DNA of 63,723 nucleotides, filler included, from Cirrosporium novae-zelandiae (taxonomy: Eukaryota): assembly GCA_026023565.1 (NCBI GenBank). It is 3 parts of 3 records of this genome, joined end to end, with 100 filler letters (N's around TTAATTAATTAA, not from the genome) between each part and the next. Parts side by side here need not be neighbours in the genome. Positions count along the whole stretch, not along the records: positions 1 to 29,278 come from JAPETS010000085.1; positions 29,379 to 54,281 come from JAPETS010000086.1; 1 more part is not named here. One strand, 5' to 3'. The notes beneath the pieces were generated by a model. That model was not told the origin of the DNA. It saw only the letters and a list, made by a program, of their open reading frames with translations, and did not search any database. The stretch's first letter is position 1; each line of letters begins with the position of its first letter. Shown here one piece after another: positions 26,663 through 38,330 of the stretch. Both the position numbers and the translations under genes were made by a program.

Positions 26663-27777
26663 CTAAAAGAGTGCAGCCATACCACCCCAGATGGCAACAG
26701 CAGCAACGCCAAAAGATAGGCTTCCGTCCTTAAGCATATTAGCGCCGCCGGTGAAAGTGGCAGTGGCGACCGAGGATGTGGCACTAGCTACTCTCGAAGT
26801 TACGCTCAAAGTCACGCTCGAAGTCACAGTTCCGTTTGAGGTAGCCACTGAGGTAGCCACTGAAGTAGCTGCTGAGGTAACCGAGGTAGCCAAGGTGGTG
26901 GTTTCACTAACAGAAGCGCAGGCACTGTTATAAGAACTGTAAAAAGAGCTGACGTAAGTCTTGCCGCAACCAGTCCTATACAACTTCGATGTTAGCAGTC
27001 ATACAAATATTTACATGCTCCGGAGAACATACGTTTCGTATAGGCAATTCTTAGCAGCAGTAGCAAAGTCATCAAGGCAGAAGCATGAAGACAAGTCAGA
27101 GCTAAATTTGAAATGTTAGCTCCTATACCAGAAGTTGGCCGTCAAAAAGGATTAGCAAACATACACATCGCAATCAAGAGAAGATGCTGCGGTTGTCTCG
27201 CATGTTGCAATGCAATCACTAATTCAAGTTAATCTCACCCATGTTCAAATCAAGAACTACGGCGACAACTTACGCGCTAGCAGTAGCAGAGCTCGCTGCT
27301 GTGGTCGCTGTGGTCGCAGCAGTCGTAGCAGCAACTGTTGAGCTAGACACACTCACAGATGCGCAGGCAGTGTCGTAGGCATCATAGAACGAGCTTACAT
27401 CGCTAGAGCAAGAGTTCCTATGAAATGTCAGTCGAAAACCTTATGAGACAGAAAAGAGAGCCAGAGAACATACTCGTACAAGCACGCCTTGGCCTCAGAG
27501 GCAAAGTCAGCAAGGCAGAAACAGTCTGCCAAGTCGGAACTAAAATTATGATTAATGTTCGATCTTGTGCAGTGTTCACTTGAATTAAACGAAGCAAACA
27601 TACACGTCGCAACCAAGGCTGGATGCTGCAGTCGACTCGCACGAGGTAATGCAATCATCATCACTATTTCTTGACTGTTAGTCTCTTTATCAGGGGTTCC
27701 AGGGGATGAGCCAAGAAGAAAACTTACGCCCGAACAGCCAAAGCACCAAGAACCAAGAGAGCTGCGGAGAACTTCAT
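26663..27777 (-). CDS. GPI-anchored protein with two tandem CFEM-type 8-Cys domains, 7 exons
   Basis: MKFSAALLVLGALAVRA signal; domain 1 DDDCITSCESTAASSLGCDVSDLADCFCLADFASEAKACLYENSCSSDVSSFYDAYDTAC; domain 2 DCIATCETTAASSLDCDVSDLSSCFCLDDFATAAKNCLYETTGCGKTYVSSFYSSYNSAC; Ser/Thr stalk; FTGGAN omega-like site plus hydrophobic tail. Six GT-AG introns. Confidence 0.88.
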
Positions 27778-28097
27778 TTCGTATTATGCTTCAATCTCTT
27801 TAAAAGGGAGTTTAAGGTGTATTTTGATCGGAATGAGCTGGGGGGGCGACGAACTAAGTTGTACTGCCACCGGATTGGGTGGTAACGGCCATCTATATAC
27901 CTGCGTCTACCGTCCCCAACTCAACCCAACAGGCCTAATCCAGACGTAGTAGACCGAGGTTAAGATGGACAATAGTCGGTCGAAGATTCAGCCCATGCCA
28001 CTCATAATTGAAACCAGAGATTTTCGTTCAAATGAATATAATCTCTTAGCGTTTTCGCTCAATCTAGCTCTAAGCTTTCCACAACGATTAGTCTACA

Positions 28098-28645
28098 ATT
28101 AGATAAGATAAGCCGATGTACTCCCGTTGTTAGCGATATCGGTTATAATCTCGTACTCGATACGAGAACCCGAGAATTTCATACGGGATATTATGAGAAA
28201 GTGAATATGAATGGTTGGACATTTTGCCTGAATCCAGTTTTGAGCACTTTCCTGTGGTGCATCTACAATAGTACAATCAGATAAGATTACAAAAAACCTC
28301 ATATCTTGGCACCGATGCGCCTCGGCCGTCAACGGTATCGGGAATAATGTTATTTTACGCGCTTTAAGCCTATTAGATTCATATTTCTGCAACAGAAAAT
28401 ATCACGTTGTGTTATGTGAAGAACAATGACACCGGTGTGACAAATTACTAGCGCTATTGGGCATCGAGCTCAACCTGGTATTTATGGCACCCGACATTAT
28501 GGAGTACTAAAAATAAGCCTCTCGGCATTCTTACTGAGTTGTGCTTTAGGGCGGTGGATCGACGATCAGATAAGATAATAAAAAACTTGTTTTGACAGCA
28601 ACCCGAAAATGTCACGTTGTGTTAGGTGGATTTGAAATCAGATAA
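28098..28645. promoter_or_regulatory. Cluster of SreA-type GATA sites (ATCWGATAA) upstream of the CFEM gene
   Basis: ATCAGATAA at 28276, 28565, 28637 and ATTAGATAA at 28098, each followed directly by GAT(A/T)A. Confidence 0.65.
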
Positions 28646-29278
28646 GATAACTAACAGCTTCATTGCACCGCATCGATGCAATCCTATACTAATTGAAACC
28701 GATTTGACGATGTTATTGGACTATGATATCGGGGATATTCCATAGTACTAACTCAATTTAAAATGTGCTCTAACGATATGAGGCAATTTTTATATTAGAT
28801 TATCGCCGAGTTGTTACTTGCAATTGTTAAATTTCCGTATAGAACTCTTAACCTTACAAATAAAGTATCTCACCTGACACTGCAGTAGATTGTTACTACA
28901 AGGATGTCACAGAAGAATATTGATTCCAGTGTGACTAATCACTTGAGCTTCCAACCTGGAATTTCTGGAATCTTACAGTCACATGCCAGAGCAGTTTTTT
29001 GAGGTCGAGCTACGTCCCTGAGTAGCGCTTGCTGTGGAGAGGATCGAATGGGGATATTGGTGGGGATATATACTTGTACATGTGCAGTACAAGCATCATA
29101 CGGGATTAATCTAAAGTATTATGGAGCCAACTATGTGAAAGATGTCATCTATGTGTGGTTTCTGTTAAGGATCTCGGAAGATGCCGTGCCAAGACTAGAT
29201 AGTATAACTAGAATATTTTGGATAAATTTAATAAAGAACCATACACAAAATCACAGCTGGTAGCATGACAAAAAGATA

Positions 29279-29378
29279 NNNNNNNNNNNNNNNNNNNNNN
29301 NNNNNNNNNNNNNNNNNNNNNNTTAATTAATTAANNNNNNNNNNNNNNNNNNNNNNNNNNNNNNNNNNNNNNNNNNNN
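29279..29378. other. Artificial contig linker
   Basis: 44 N + TTAATTAATTAA (stops in all six frames) + 44 N. Confidence 0.98.
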
Positions 29379-30337
29379 TTTTGGGATTTTGTGGAGTTTG
29401 GGAGGGGGGGGGGGGGATGGGTAAAGCTGGAGTTTTATACTAGCCATGGTAACTTTTGAGCTGAAGGCTCGTTCGAGGGGCTAGGTGAGTAGGGTATTTG
29501 GGTATAAGAACTCGGTATTTGCGATATAAAATGTCCTTACTCTTTTCTAACACGATGAGTATATTTTCTAGACAAAACTCCTCAAGATGATAGATTCATT
29601 TCTTCACCTTTTTAGCTACAACGAAAAGGATTTCAGAATTACAATTTAACAAAAACTACGACTGGCTGTTAAGAGGTTTTTCTTAAGATGAGCCAACTTG
29701 CATATTCATTATAGTCTATATATGTGTTATCAAATTTCAAAAAGTTAGGATTTGTTCGTTCTCTTTAGAGCTACCAAGGTTCATAAGCTTGCTACCTAGG
29801 TAATAAAACCGTACGTGCAAAGTCCGTTATCTCTTGTCTTCTTATCATGAATAGTGATAAATATAAACCTTTTTTTGGAAATGTGTGAAGTCTATTTTTT
29901 CCCCAATCTAAAAAGTAATGCGGTCCGCGAAAATTAAAAGAGAAAAGAGAAGGATGGGCATCCTTCTTGGTTTAAGGTACCGCTCCCCGAGAATAAACCC
30001 ACGTATGACCTGTCTGTCCTTTGCTATCATAGTAGACAGGAAATGCTCATACAAAATATAAAACCCATTGCAATGCCGTTTTTGAGAGCTTTCTTATAGA
30101 CACACATGATTTGGTATCATCATTCCCTACATGAAAGGCAATTCCCCTTTGCCTACCTTATATCCTGTGTGTCCAACCCTTGGCGGGAGTCTAAAACCCC
30201 GGTCGCTGGAAGGAAAAACCCCGGGTCTTTGGTTCATTGCACGAAATTTAAGAACCGTAGTCATAATTTTTTTTGCCTCATGTTACTGCTGCTGCTTCTG
30301 CTGCCTCTGTGGTTGTGTATGTGTGTGTATCAACAAA

Positions 30338-32365
30338 TTAGACCTGCCCCATGGTAAACATCTTCTTTCGGAGGTAGTTCTTGTACTCTCCGATGGTTCC
30401 ATCCCACCGCGTTACTGTCTTGTTTTCACAGACCATGATGTCTTTAGCGATCTTGTCGAGTAATCTGTCGTTATCATCAGTATCAAATTTTCAAGATATT
30501 GGGGAGTGTTAGATCTCAAGAAGGAATACGTACCGGAAGTCGTGAGAAACAACGACAACACCACCACTGAATGCGTTGATAGCATCTGCCAAGCTGTCGA
30601 TTGTTGGAATGTCGAGTCCGTTTGTCGGTTCATCTAGTAGAATCATGTTTGGGCCATCAATAGCCAATAGGGCAAAAACAATACGACTCTTCTGGCCTTC
30701 TGATAGAGTTCCCATCAGCGCCGTTTGAGAATCCCCGCTCAGACCATATCTGCCCAACTGCTGTCGCCAATATTGGTAATCCTGGCTCTTGGACGAGTAT
30801 TTGTCCCGTACGAAATCGAGGGCGGATTTGGTAAGGTCAAGTTGGTCCGAAGAGTGTTGGCTGTACACGCCTAGCTTCAAGTGTGTGTGGCGGGAGACTG
30901 TGCCACCTGTGGAACTGAGCTTGCCAGTCATGATACGCAGAAGAGTAGACTTTCCAACACCATTTGGACCTACAAGTGCAGTTCGAGAATCCATGTCGAC
31001 ACCAAGGTCGAGATGTTCGTAAAGGTTATCTTCAGACTTTCCAGAGTAGGAGAAGGTAACATCATCAAATGAAAGAACTGGTGGGGGAAGCTTCTCGACA
31101 TCGGCGAAGCGGAATGTGAAAACACGATCTTGGTACACAGGCTGGATGAAGCCATCGGCCTCCATTTTGTCGAGAATCTTTTGTCGGGACTTGGCTTGGC
31201 GGACAAGATTTGCATATGTACCTGCTGAAGCAATGAATTTCTTGATGTGAGCAATTTCCTCTTGTTGCTTGGCGTATGCCTTCATCTGGTTGGTCTCTTG
31301 TTCCGTTCGAGTCTTGATATAAGAATCGTAGTTTCCACCATAGTACAGGAGTTGTTTTGAGCGCATGTCGATCATGTTGCTGCAGACACCATTTAAGAAG
31401 TCCATACTGTGGGAGACTAAGACTAGGGTTCTGTCCCATTTCTTTAGGTATTCTTCTAGCCACACGCAGGCCTCCAAATCCAAATGGGCTGTAGGATCAT
31501 CGAGCAGCAACAGGGCTGGCTTAACGAAAAGGGCCTTCCCCAGTGCCACACGCATTCGCCAACCACCAGACATATCTTTAGTCTTCTTATGGATGGTTTT
31601 TTTGTTGAACCCGAGGCCAGTAAGGATGAGGGATGCTCGAGTCTGGAAGGTAGAAGGGTCCATGGAGTCCATACGCTGCAGAGATTAATAGATGTTTCAT
31701 AAAAATTAGCAAGTACTTACATCATAGATATCCATCAGTATGGGACTTTCTGGGCCGTCTTTCTCTAATATTTCCTCTGCAAGGTGCTCCAGCCTTTGCA
31801 TCTCGTTCTCAGCTTGCTTGACAACCCATTCCAAGGCACCCAGATCACTAGGGGGGGCACCCTCGTTTAACAGATAAATATCCACATGCTCTGGAACTGG
31901 GTATTCCCGTTTGTCAATAGCTTTAAGGAGGGTTGATTTTCCACAACCGTTCTCTCCCAATAAACCATATCGTCGACCATAATTGAGTTCAAGTGTGCAG
32001 TCATTTAGCAAAACTCTTCCGTGAAACACCAACGAGACGGATGTGATCTTCACATCCCTGCTGGCTGGTAGTGATGCTAGCACACCAGTTGTAACACGAT
32101 CAGATAGCCCATGCTTATCCATTTGCTCGGTCAGTTTTTTCACGTCACCCATTTTTGCATTACTTGTGGCAGGCTGTTCATCGTCAGGCACAGAATTTCC
32201 ATCGGCATCAAGAATAGGTGGGGTCTCGTCTCCAGCAACAGAGGATGCTTTCGAGTTGGCCTTTGAAGCATGCTTAGAGGAGACTTTTGAGGCAGCTGTC
32301 TTCTTGGGTTCTTTGCCTTCGGCGGCGCGCTTCGCCTGGCGAGCAGCTTTTGATGCAGAAACCAT
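30338..32365 (-). CDS. ARB1: ABC-F family ATPase Arb1/ABCF2, 3 exons
   Basis: [14 protein letters not shown]; Walker [10 protein letters not shown] and GPNGVGKST; signatures MSGGWRMR and [15 protein letters not shown]; last exon [15 protein letters not shown]...GQV* after an intron at about 30466-30533; no TM segments. Confidence 0.96.
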
Positions 32366-33850
32366 GGTTGCGGAGTGAGGTATTGGAGGATATGTGAAAA
32401 TAAGCTGAAGGAGTGAGAGGAGGTGGGAAGTTGGGGAAGATTGAAAACTTTGGTGGGGCTGGCTTATCGATTAATTAATGGACGCCAATCGTGGAAGAGA
32501 GAATGTTGCAACAGAGTGGTCAACGAGAACTCCTAAAAAGGAAAAAAAATAACGCTTTCTCCTATGAGCTCGGTAAGATTGGTCGTGAGAAAGATTGGAA
32601 TTATCCCTAGGGTGTTATCCAAGGGAAGTGAGTGATGGTAGCTGGTGAAATCTCTGGAGACGCAGAGGGCACAACTTTTTCTTGGGAGATGCTCGCTTAA
32701 ACGGGGCTGAGAGTGGCGATCAGTGCCTGAAAGCGTCAGGCGTGAAATCTCCATTGCTGCGTTTCTCACTGGATGAATATTTCCCTTCTTCAATTCAGTA
32801 TTGAATATCACTACATGTTAATTGCTATATGCTCCAGGTTCTATGCTAGAAATCTACCTCACGCCTCCGAATTACCGTCTTATGTCATTAGTATATGGCT
32901 TTAAAACGAATCAGCCAGTCGCTCACTCTGTCCGAGGCTTCTTGAACTTTTTTATACAAAGATCCAATTAGATGCAAATTTGATTTTGATTATTGAAACT
33001 CCACCTGTCTCAAGGGCTCCCAGCACGAATAGATAAACGATTCGGGTTTTGAAAGAGGACCAAATCCGATCGACCTCGTATCATAGTAGGGCTTGATGAC
33101 TGACCCCATCAACGAGTAGGATATAACCCATGTCCATAAGGCATCAACCACTGACAACCGAATTACTTTTGTTGCTAACCTTTGATAAAAATTTGACCAT
33201 TAGTCTCTTGTTTTGAATTAGCAACAAAGACTGCGATGGACCAAACAAAATATCGAACGACCATGGACCTTCGCAGCAGCTAAAAGCAGATTTATAAGCG
33301 TCACTCCTTGGCGTTGAGCTCAAGAGGGTTCGCTACATATCTATTACCAATCTTTTCACTACTTATAAGCTCACTCCAGTCTTTTAAATGGTGGATGCTG
33401 AAGATACAAATCGTGATACTTGGGTTATTAATCAAATTAGAGATGGCTATCAGGGAAGCTTAAGTCTAGGGCCGATAGATCCGGTATCGATGCGACTTGT
33501 AACTTCAGGTAAGCGCCATTGGGGACTGTGAGGAGTTGAGTAATATTTGCTTCCTACGTCATTTTCCATTGTCATCGCTGGTTGGCATGCATCTTTTTGG
33601 CCCTTCCTGATCCTTTTCTTTGACTTTTCTACTTGTAGTACTTTGTAATAATCTTTCTCTTATAAATCCCTTCTACCACTACTTTCGAAAGTGCTCCAAT
33701 TCTTTTATTACCCACTCTCTACGGGATTTGGATAGATATTTAACTTAGCCCACCCTTCATCTCTACTCCTTGCTACATTTTCATAGGTAGCACTCCTAGT
33801 TCACTTCATCACACTCATTTGCATCTCTTACTTCTCTAACATCGGACAGC

Positions 33851-34920
33851 ATGGTCGTCATATGGGGTTTGGATTTGAAGGAGATGAAATGGGGGAAGTT
33901 CAAGTCTTCATATATGTTTGGGAACACAGATTATCATTTGCGACGAACAAAATTTGTTGTCTATCAATGTGCCATGATATCCTGTGTCGTCTCAGAGTCC
34001 TTGGGAACCGCAGCTCTTTCAGGTAAACCTTAGACCTTCATTGGCTATATCTATAAACTCACAGCTCCCCCGTAGATTACGTCGACCAGCAGTCTCAGCT
34101 TGAGAACCTACGAAACGCAGACCCTCCTCGTTTTGGCGCGACCGAATACAATGATGACTTTGTTGGTATAGCGTCATATAATATTTTCGTCGGCATATAT
34201 GTCGCCACAATTTTTGGTGCTGGCTTCTTTTTCGATCTTTTTTGGCCGGAAAGATATGAAAGCAAGTCCGTGAAAATTGCATGGAGGGTTTGCGCTATCC
34301 TCGCATCAATAATGTGCTTGGCTAGTGCACTGGCCTTGACTGTATGTTCAATGGGCACTGACATGGTATAAGATGAAGGAAATTCTCAGCTGATACCTCT
34401 ATAGGTCATTGTTGCAACTCGCCATGCTTATGTTACTGGAATCGATGCGGCATATGCCATGACTATCCTGAAGAAATATAGCGCGGCGCCCTTCCAGTAT
34501 AGACACAACGGTCGAGCAGTTGCCTCGGTAGTCTTTATATGGTTGGGACTAGTAGGAACTATTGCGAGGTGAGTAGATTTGTTACTACAGACAATGGTTG
34601 GGCAGTATTTGTGTGCTTGGGTGGGCATTGACAAGATCCTTAACTGGAATTTGATCCTTTGGACATTGCCGGAAATGCTACTTTCTACCAGCACTAAACA
34701 GACCACCTATTCCAAGTATAGTTGCAGAAAAATAGCTGATCTGTTATGATTTAGTACCATTGTACTCCTCAAGTCATACGCCCATAACGACAAACATGGT
34801 CCATGGTCATCCCACGCTGCTCAAGCTGGGAAGGGAAAAACCGCTGAAGATATTGAAATACCTTCGGTGACGATTGAAAATGAGGAAGAGGAAGCTTCAA
34901 AGAAGCCTGTACAATCTTGA
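33851..34920 (+). CDS. Conserved fungal membrane protein (about 4 TM), 4 exons
   Basis: MVVIWGLDLKEMKWGKFKSSYMF..YHLRRTKFVVYQ..SESLGTAALS-DYVDQQ..FVGIYVATIFGAGFFFDLFWPER..; GT-AG introns near 34023-34075, 34342-34404, 34569-34754; stop TGA at 34918. Confidence 0.8.
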
Positions 34921-35454
34921 TCATACTGTCTCACCAGCAATGCTTAGCGTACTTTTTTTCAAAAGAAATCAACGAGACGGCAAGGCGTTAACGGACGGGC
35001 AAGGGGGGTATCATTGCAACAATAACGATTGGGATGGAATGGAATGAAAGGTGTTATGATACCAATTGCATTGAAGTGTGTATGATTATGAAGGATGATA
35101 GCATAAGACATACATATATGGTCATAAATATATCCCTAATGCATTTATATAACGAAATAAGACTAATTAATAATAGACCAAAGGAATACCATTAATTAGA
35201 CATCAAACACAGAATAGAAACAGCCTTCTACCAGTAGATATCACATCCAATCGATCTAGTCTATGCTTGTACCACCCACATGCCACACAACAGCTCCCCG
35301 CACACAACCCCAACCTCCCCGCACCTCCACGTATATCTATATCCACCTTTCCACCCTCAACAACCCTAGCTTCCCATACATACATTATCCGACATCCCAA
35401 CCGCAATTGAAACAACCACGTCCCACCACACGCCCCACCTCTCCCACCAGCAAA

Positions 35455-36831
35455 ATGTCCACCACCACCCCACCCCAACCCCCAAAACCAACCGTCCTAA
35501 TCCTTGGAACCCTAGACACCAAAGTAACTGAACTCCTCTACCTACGCTCCCAGATCCAAGCCGCCGAAGTCTCCACCCTCCTCCTCGACGTCGGCGTCAC
35601 GCCAACCTCACATCCAGCAATCAATATCACCCAGCACGACATCCTTTCCTCCTGCCCAACAACAACAACAACAAACCTAACCTCCCTCTCGCGCTCCGCC
35701 GCGCTCGCCACCCTCGCCACCGCCGCAACATACACTATAAAAACCCTACACGCTACCCACCGCATCCACGCTATCGTCGCTGCAGGTGGCAGCTGCAACA
35801 CCTCCCTCGCTGCAAGCGTGATGCGCGAGGCCCTCTCAATTGGATTCCCGAAACTGATTGTGTCGACGGTGGCGGCGGGGGATGTGAGGACGTATGTGGG
35901 GGAAACGGATCTGGCGCTCATGCATTCGGTGGTTGATGTGATGGGGTTGAATGGGGTTTTGAGGGCGATTCTGAGCAACGCGGCGGGCGCGGTAGCGGGG
36001 ATGGCGGGGGTGGAGTTTGCGCGACAAAGAGAAGAAGTAGCAGAAGAAAAAGAAGCCGCCAAGAAGGAAAAGGAGGGAAAAAGGGAGTTAAAGAAAAATA
36101 AATTCAAAGTCGGCATAACCATGTTCGGCGTCACGACCCCGGCCGTCACAGCCGCAAAGTCCTTCCTCGACTCCCTCCCAACCCCAGAATTTGATTTCGA
36201 AATCGAATCCTACGTCTTCCACGCCGTCGGCACCGGCGGCGCAGCCATGGAACGCCTCATCACCACCGATCCCTCCAACAACAAAAACACCCTCGACGCA
36301 GTGTTGGACCTCACCACCACCGAGCTCGCCGACCAGTTGGTCGGTGGCGTCTTCCCCGCCGGACCCAAGCGCCTCCTAACCGCTGCAGAAGTCGGAATCC
36401 CCCAGATCGTGTCCCTAGGCGCATGCGACATTGTGAATTTTGGGGCCTGGGAAACGGTGCCGTCAGGGCTTCGGGATAGTAGGAGGAGGTTGGTGAAGCA
36501 TAATGAGGGGGTTACGTTGATGAGGGTGGAGAAGAGTGAGAGTGAGGAGTTGGGGAGGAGGATTGCGGAGAGGTTGAGGGAGGGGTGTAGGAGACCCGGG
36601 GTTGTGGAGGTTTGGGTGCCGTTGAGGGGGGTTAGTGCGATTGGGGTTGAGGGGGAGGTGTTTTTTGATAAGGAGGCGGATAGGGCACTTTTTGAGGCGG
36701 TGAGGGGGGGGCTGGAGGGGTCCGGAGTTAAGGTTAGGGAGGTCGATGCTGAGATTAATGATCCTGGGTTTGCGGTGGGGATGGCGAGGAGGTTGGTGGA
36801 GTTGTTGAGGGATGATAAAGAGAGGGGGTGA
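35455..36831 (+). CDS. UPF0261 / Tm-1-like ATP-binding domain protein (intronless)
   Basis: ILGTLDTK..E; GGSCNTSLA; L.IGFPKLIVSTVA.GD; SVVDVMGLN; VGITMFGVTTPAV; VFHAVGTGG.AME; VLDLTTTELAD; SLGACDIVNFG; INDPGFA. Likely start ATG 35455 rather than 35263. Confidence 0.92.
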   Translation: MSTTTPPQPPKPTVLILGTLDTKVTELLYLRSQIQAAEVSTLLLDVGVTPTSHPAINITQHDILSSCPTTTTTNLTSLSRSAALATLATAATYTIKTLHATHRIHAIVAAGGSCNTSLAASVMREALSIGFPKLIVSTVAAGDVRTYVGETDLALMHSVVDVMGLNGVLRAILSNAAGAVAGMAGVEFARQREEVAEEKEAAKKEKEGKRELKKNKFKVGITMFGVTTPAVTAAKSFLDSLPTPEFDFEIESYVFHAVGTGGAAMERLITTDPSNNKNTLDAVLDLTTTELADQLVGGVFPAGPKRLLTAAEVGIPQIVSLGACDIVNFGAWETVPSGLRDSRRRLVKHNEGVTLMRVEKSESEELGRRIAERLREGCRRPGVVEVWVPLRGVSAIGVEGEVFFDKEADRALFEAVRGGLEGSGVKVREVDAEINDPGFAVGMARRLVELLRDDKERG

Positions 36832-37372
36832 GTGTTGTTTCATTTGAGGTGGCTGTTCCTGCTGGAATTAATTGTATCTATCCTAGGTCGATGTAGCATG
36901 ATAGGATATGGACTGATGGAGAAATAAGATTAGATAATAACTTAGTAACATCGCTTTTTCGAGAGCTAAAGCTGGGACACACTAAGCATCATTGGTGGTA
37001 TCATTTTTAGGTAGGAATATAATTCCCTCAGAAAAGAGTAGTAGGTAGCTAGGGGGATGAATGACATTGTATTTGTATAGCATAGCGATTTCTGATGACA
37101 GTAGTAAATCAGATTCATAGCAAGAGCTAAGCCGCCGAAAAAAACGCCAGATCCGACCTAGCCTGACTCCACCGGGACCTAAAAGAACAGCCATCACATC
37201 ATATACACGTTCGTCTGAAGTAATCCATATCCGGTCATGCTCGACAGGAGGGCTGCGAAGCTAGAAGGAGTGCAGAAAGGTAATGAAATGAACGGTGAAA
37301 GGATAACTCTAAAGAGTCGGCACAAGGATAGGATATAGAAAAATCCTGGCTGGTAGGATGGATTGAATAGAT

Positions 37373-38330
37373 TTAGCCTTCCCCTCCATCTTGTACACCA
37401 GCCTCTCCTTCTTTTAAGCCTTCCTTAGGCGAGAGACCAGCACCCTGAGCTAAATTTTTCCAGATTTCACCTTCATGCCGGGCACGCTCCAACTGCTGCT
37501 TCAACTTGTCGATCGTGTCTTGCTGGCTCCGGAGGGCTTGTTCTGTTAGAAGTTTCTCAATTGTCCATTTTTCAATATTTTGTGATTCTATATCCTTTAG
37601 TTGTTGAATGTATGAGACAGCACGTTGAAGAATCGACCCTTTGTTTTTCTCACAACCTGGAACAATCTTTGCTAGCTCGTTAATACCCTCATTGATTGTC
37701 TCTCGCCGACGACGTTCAACTATTCATAGAAAAGTAAGTGTATGTACAATCCCGCCAAAACAGTCTGACTGAAAACATACCTTCTTTGTGATTGTCCTTC
37801 CGTTGTTTATGCCATTCCTCCGTCCCGACTGCCGGCTTCGAGGCCAAAGCATTCTGTCGCACTTGTTCACGGGCCGCATCAAGCTGCTGGGCTGTCGACC
37901 CCATATTGTGGAATGGTGGAGGTGCTCTTTGTTGGGATGGGCTTCCATGATCTGCATTAAAAGAGTTGGTTTCCGGTGTCGCATTGTTTGCAAAGTTTAA
38001 ATCGGTTGTCGGCATTCCCATTTGAGGATACAAGCTTGTCAAGGCAGCTTGAGCGGTTGATGTCGCATTAGATACATTCGAGGTCCCATTTCTTTCATCG
38101 CCGGTAGTAGCAGCATGACGGGTAAGTTCTTGTTGTAATTGGCTAAAATCATGGTGTATCATATCGCCAGCACCTGTTCCATTGGTAGATGGTGAATTTC
38201 GTCTGTACATTGATCGTCGTACATCCTCTTCTCCTCCTCCAAGATCCGTATCATCTCTTTTACGCTTATTTGAAGGGTTGGATGGGTCGTCGGATGGACT
38301 ACCTCCCAAGGATGTACCCTCTGGAGGCAT
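37373..38330 (-). CDS. CBF1: bHLH-ZIP transcription factor Cbf1, 2 exons (start uncertain)
   Basis: KPAVGTEEWHKQRKDNHKE-VERRRRETINEGINELAKIVPGCEKNKGSILQRAVSYIQQLK..NIEKWTIEKLLTEQA; intron about 37720-37780. Confidence 0.9.

Noticed and set aside
29323..29334. TTAATTAATTAA palindrome (also 54326-54337)
   Set aside because: Embedded in N runs; synthetic linker, and ORFs crossing it are artefacts.
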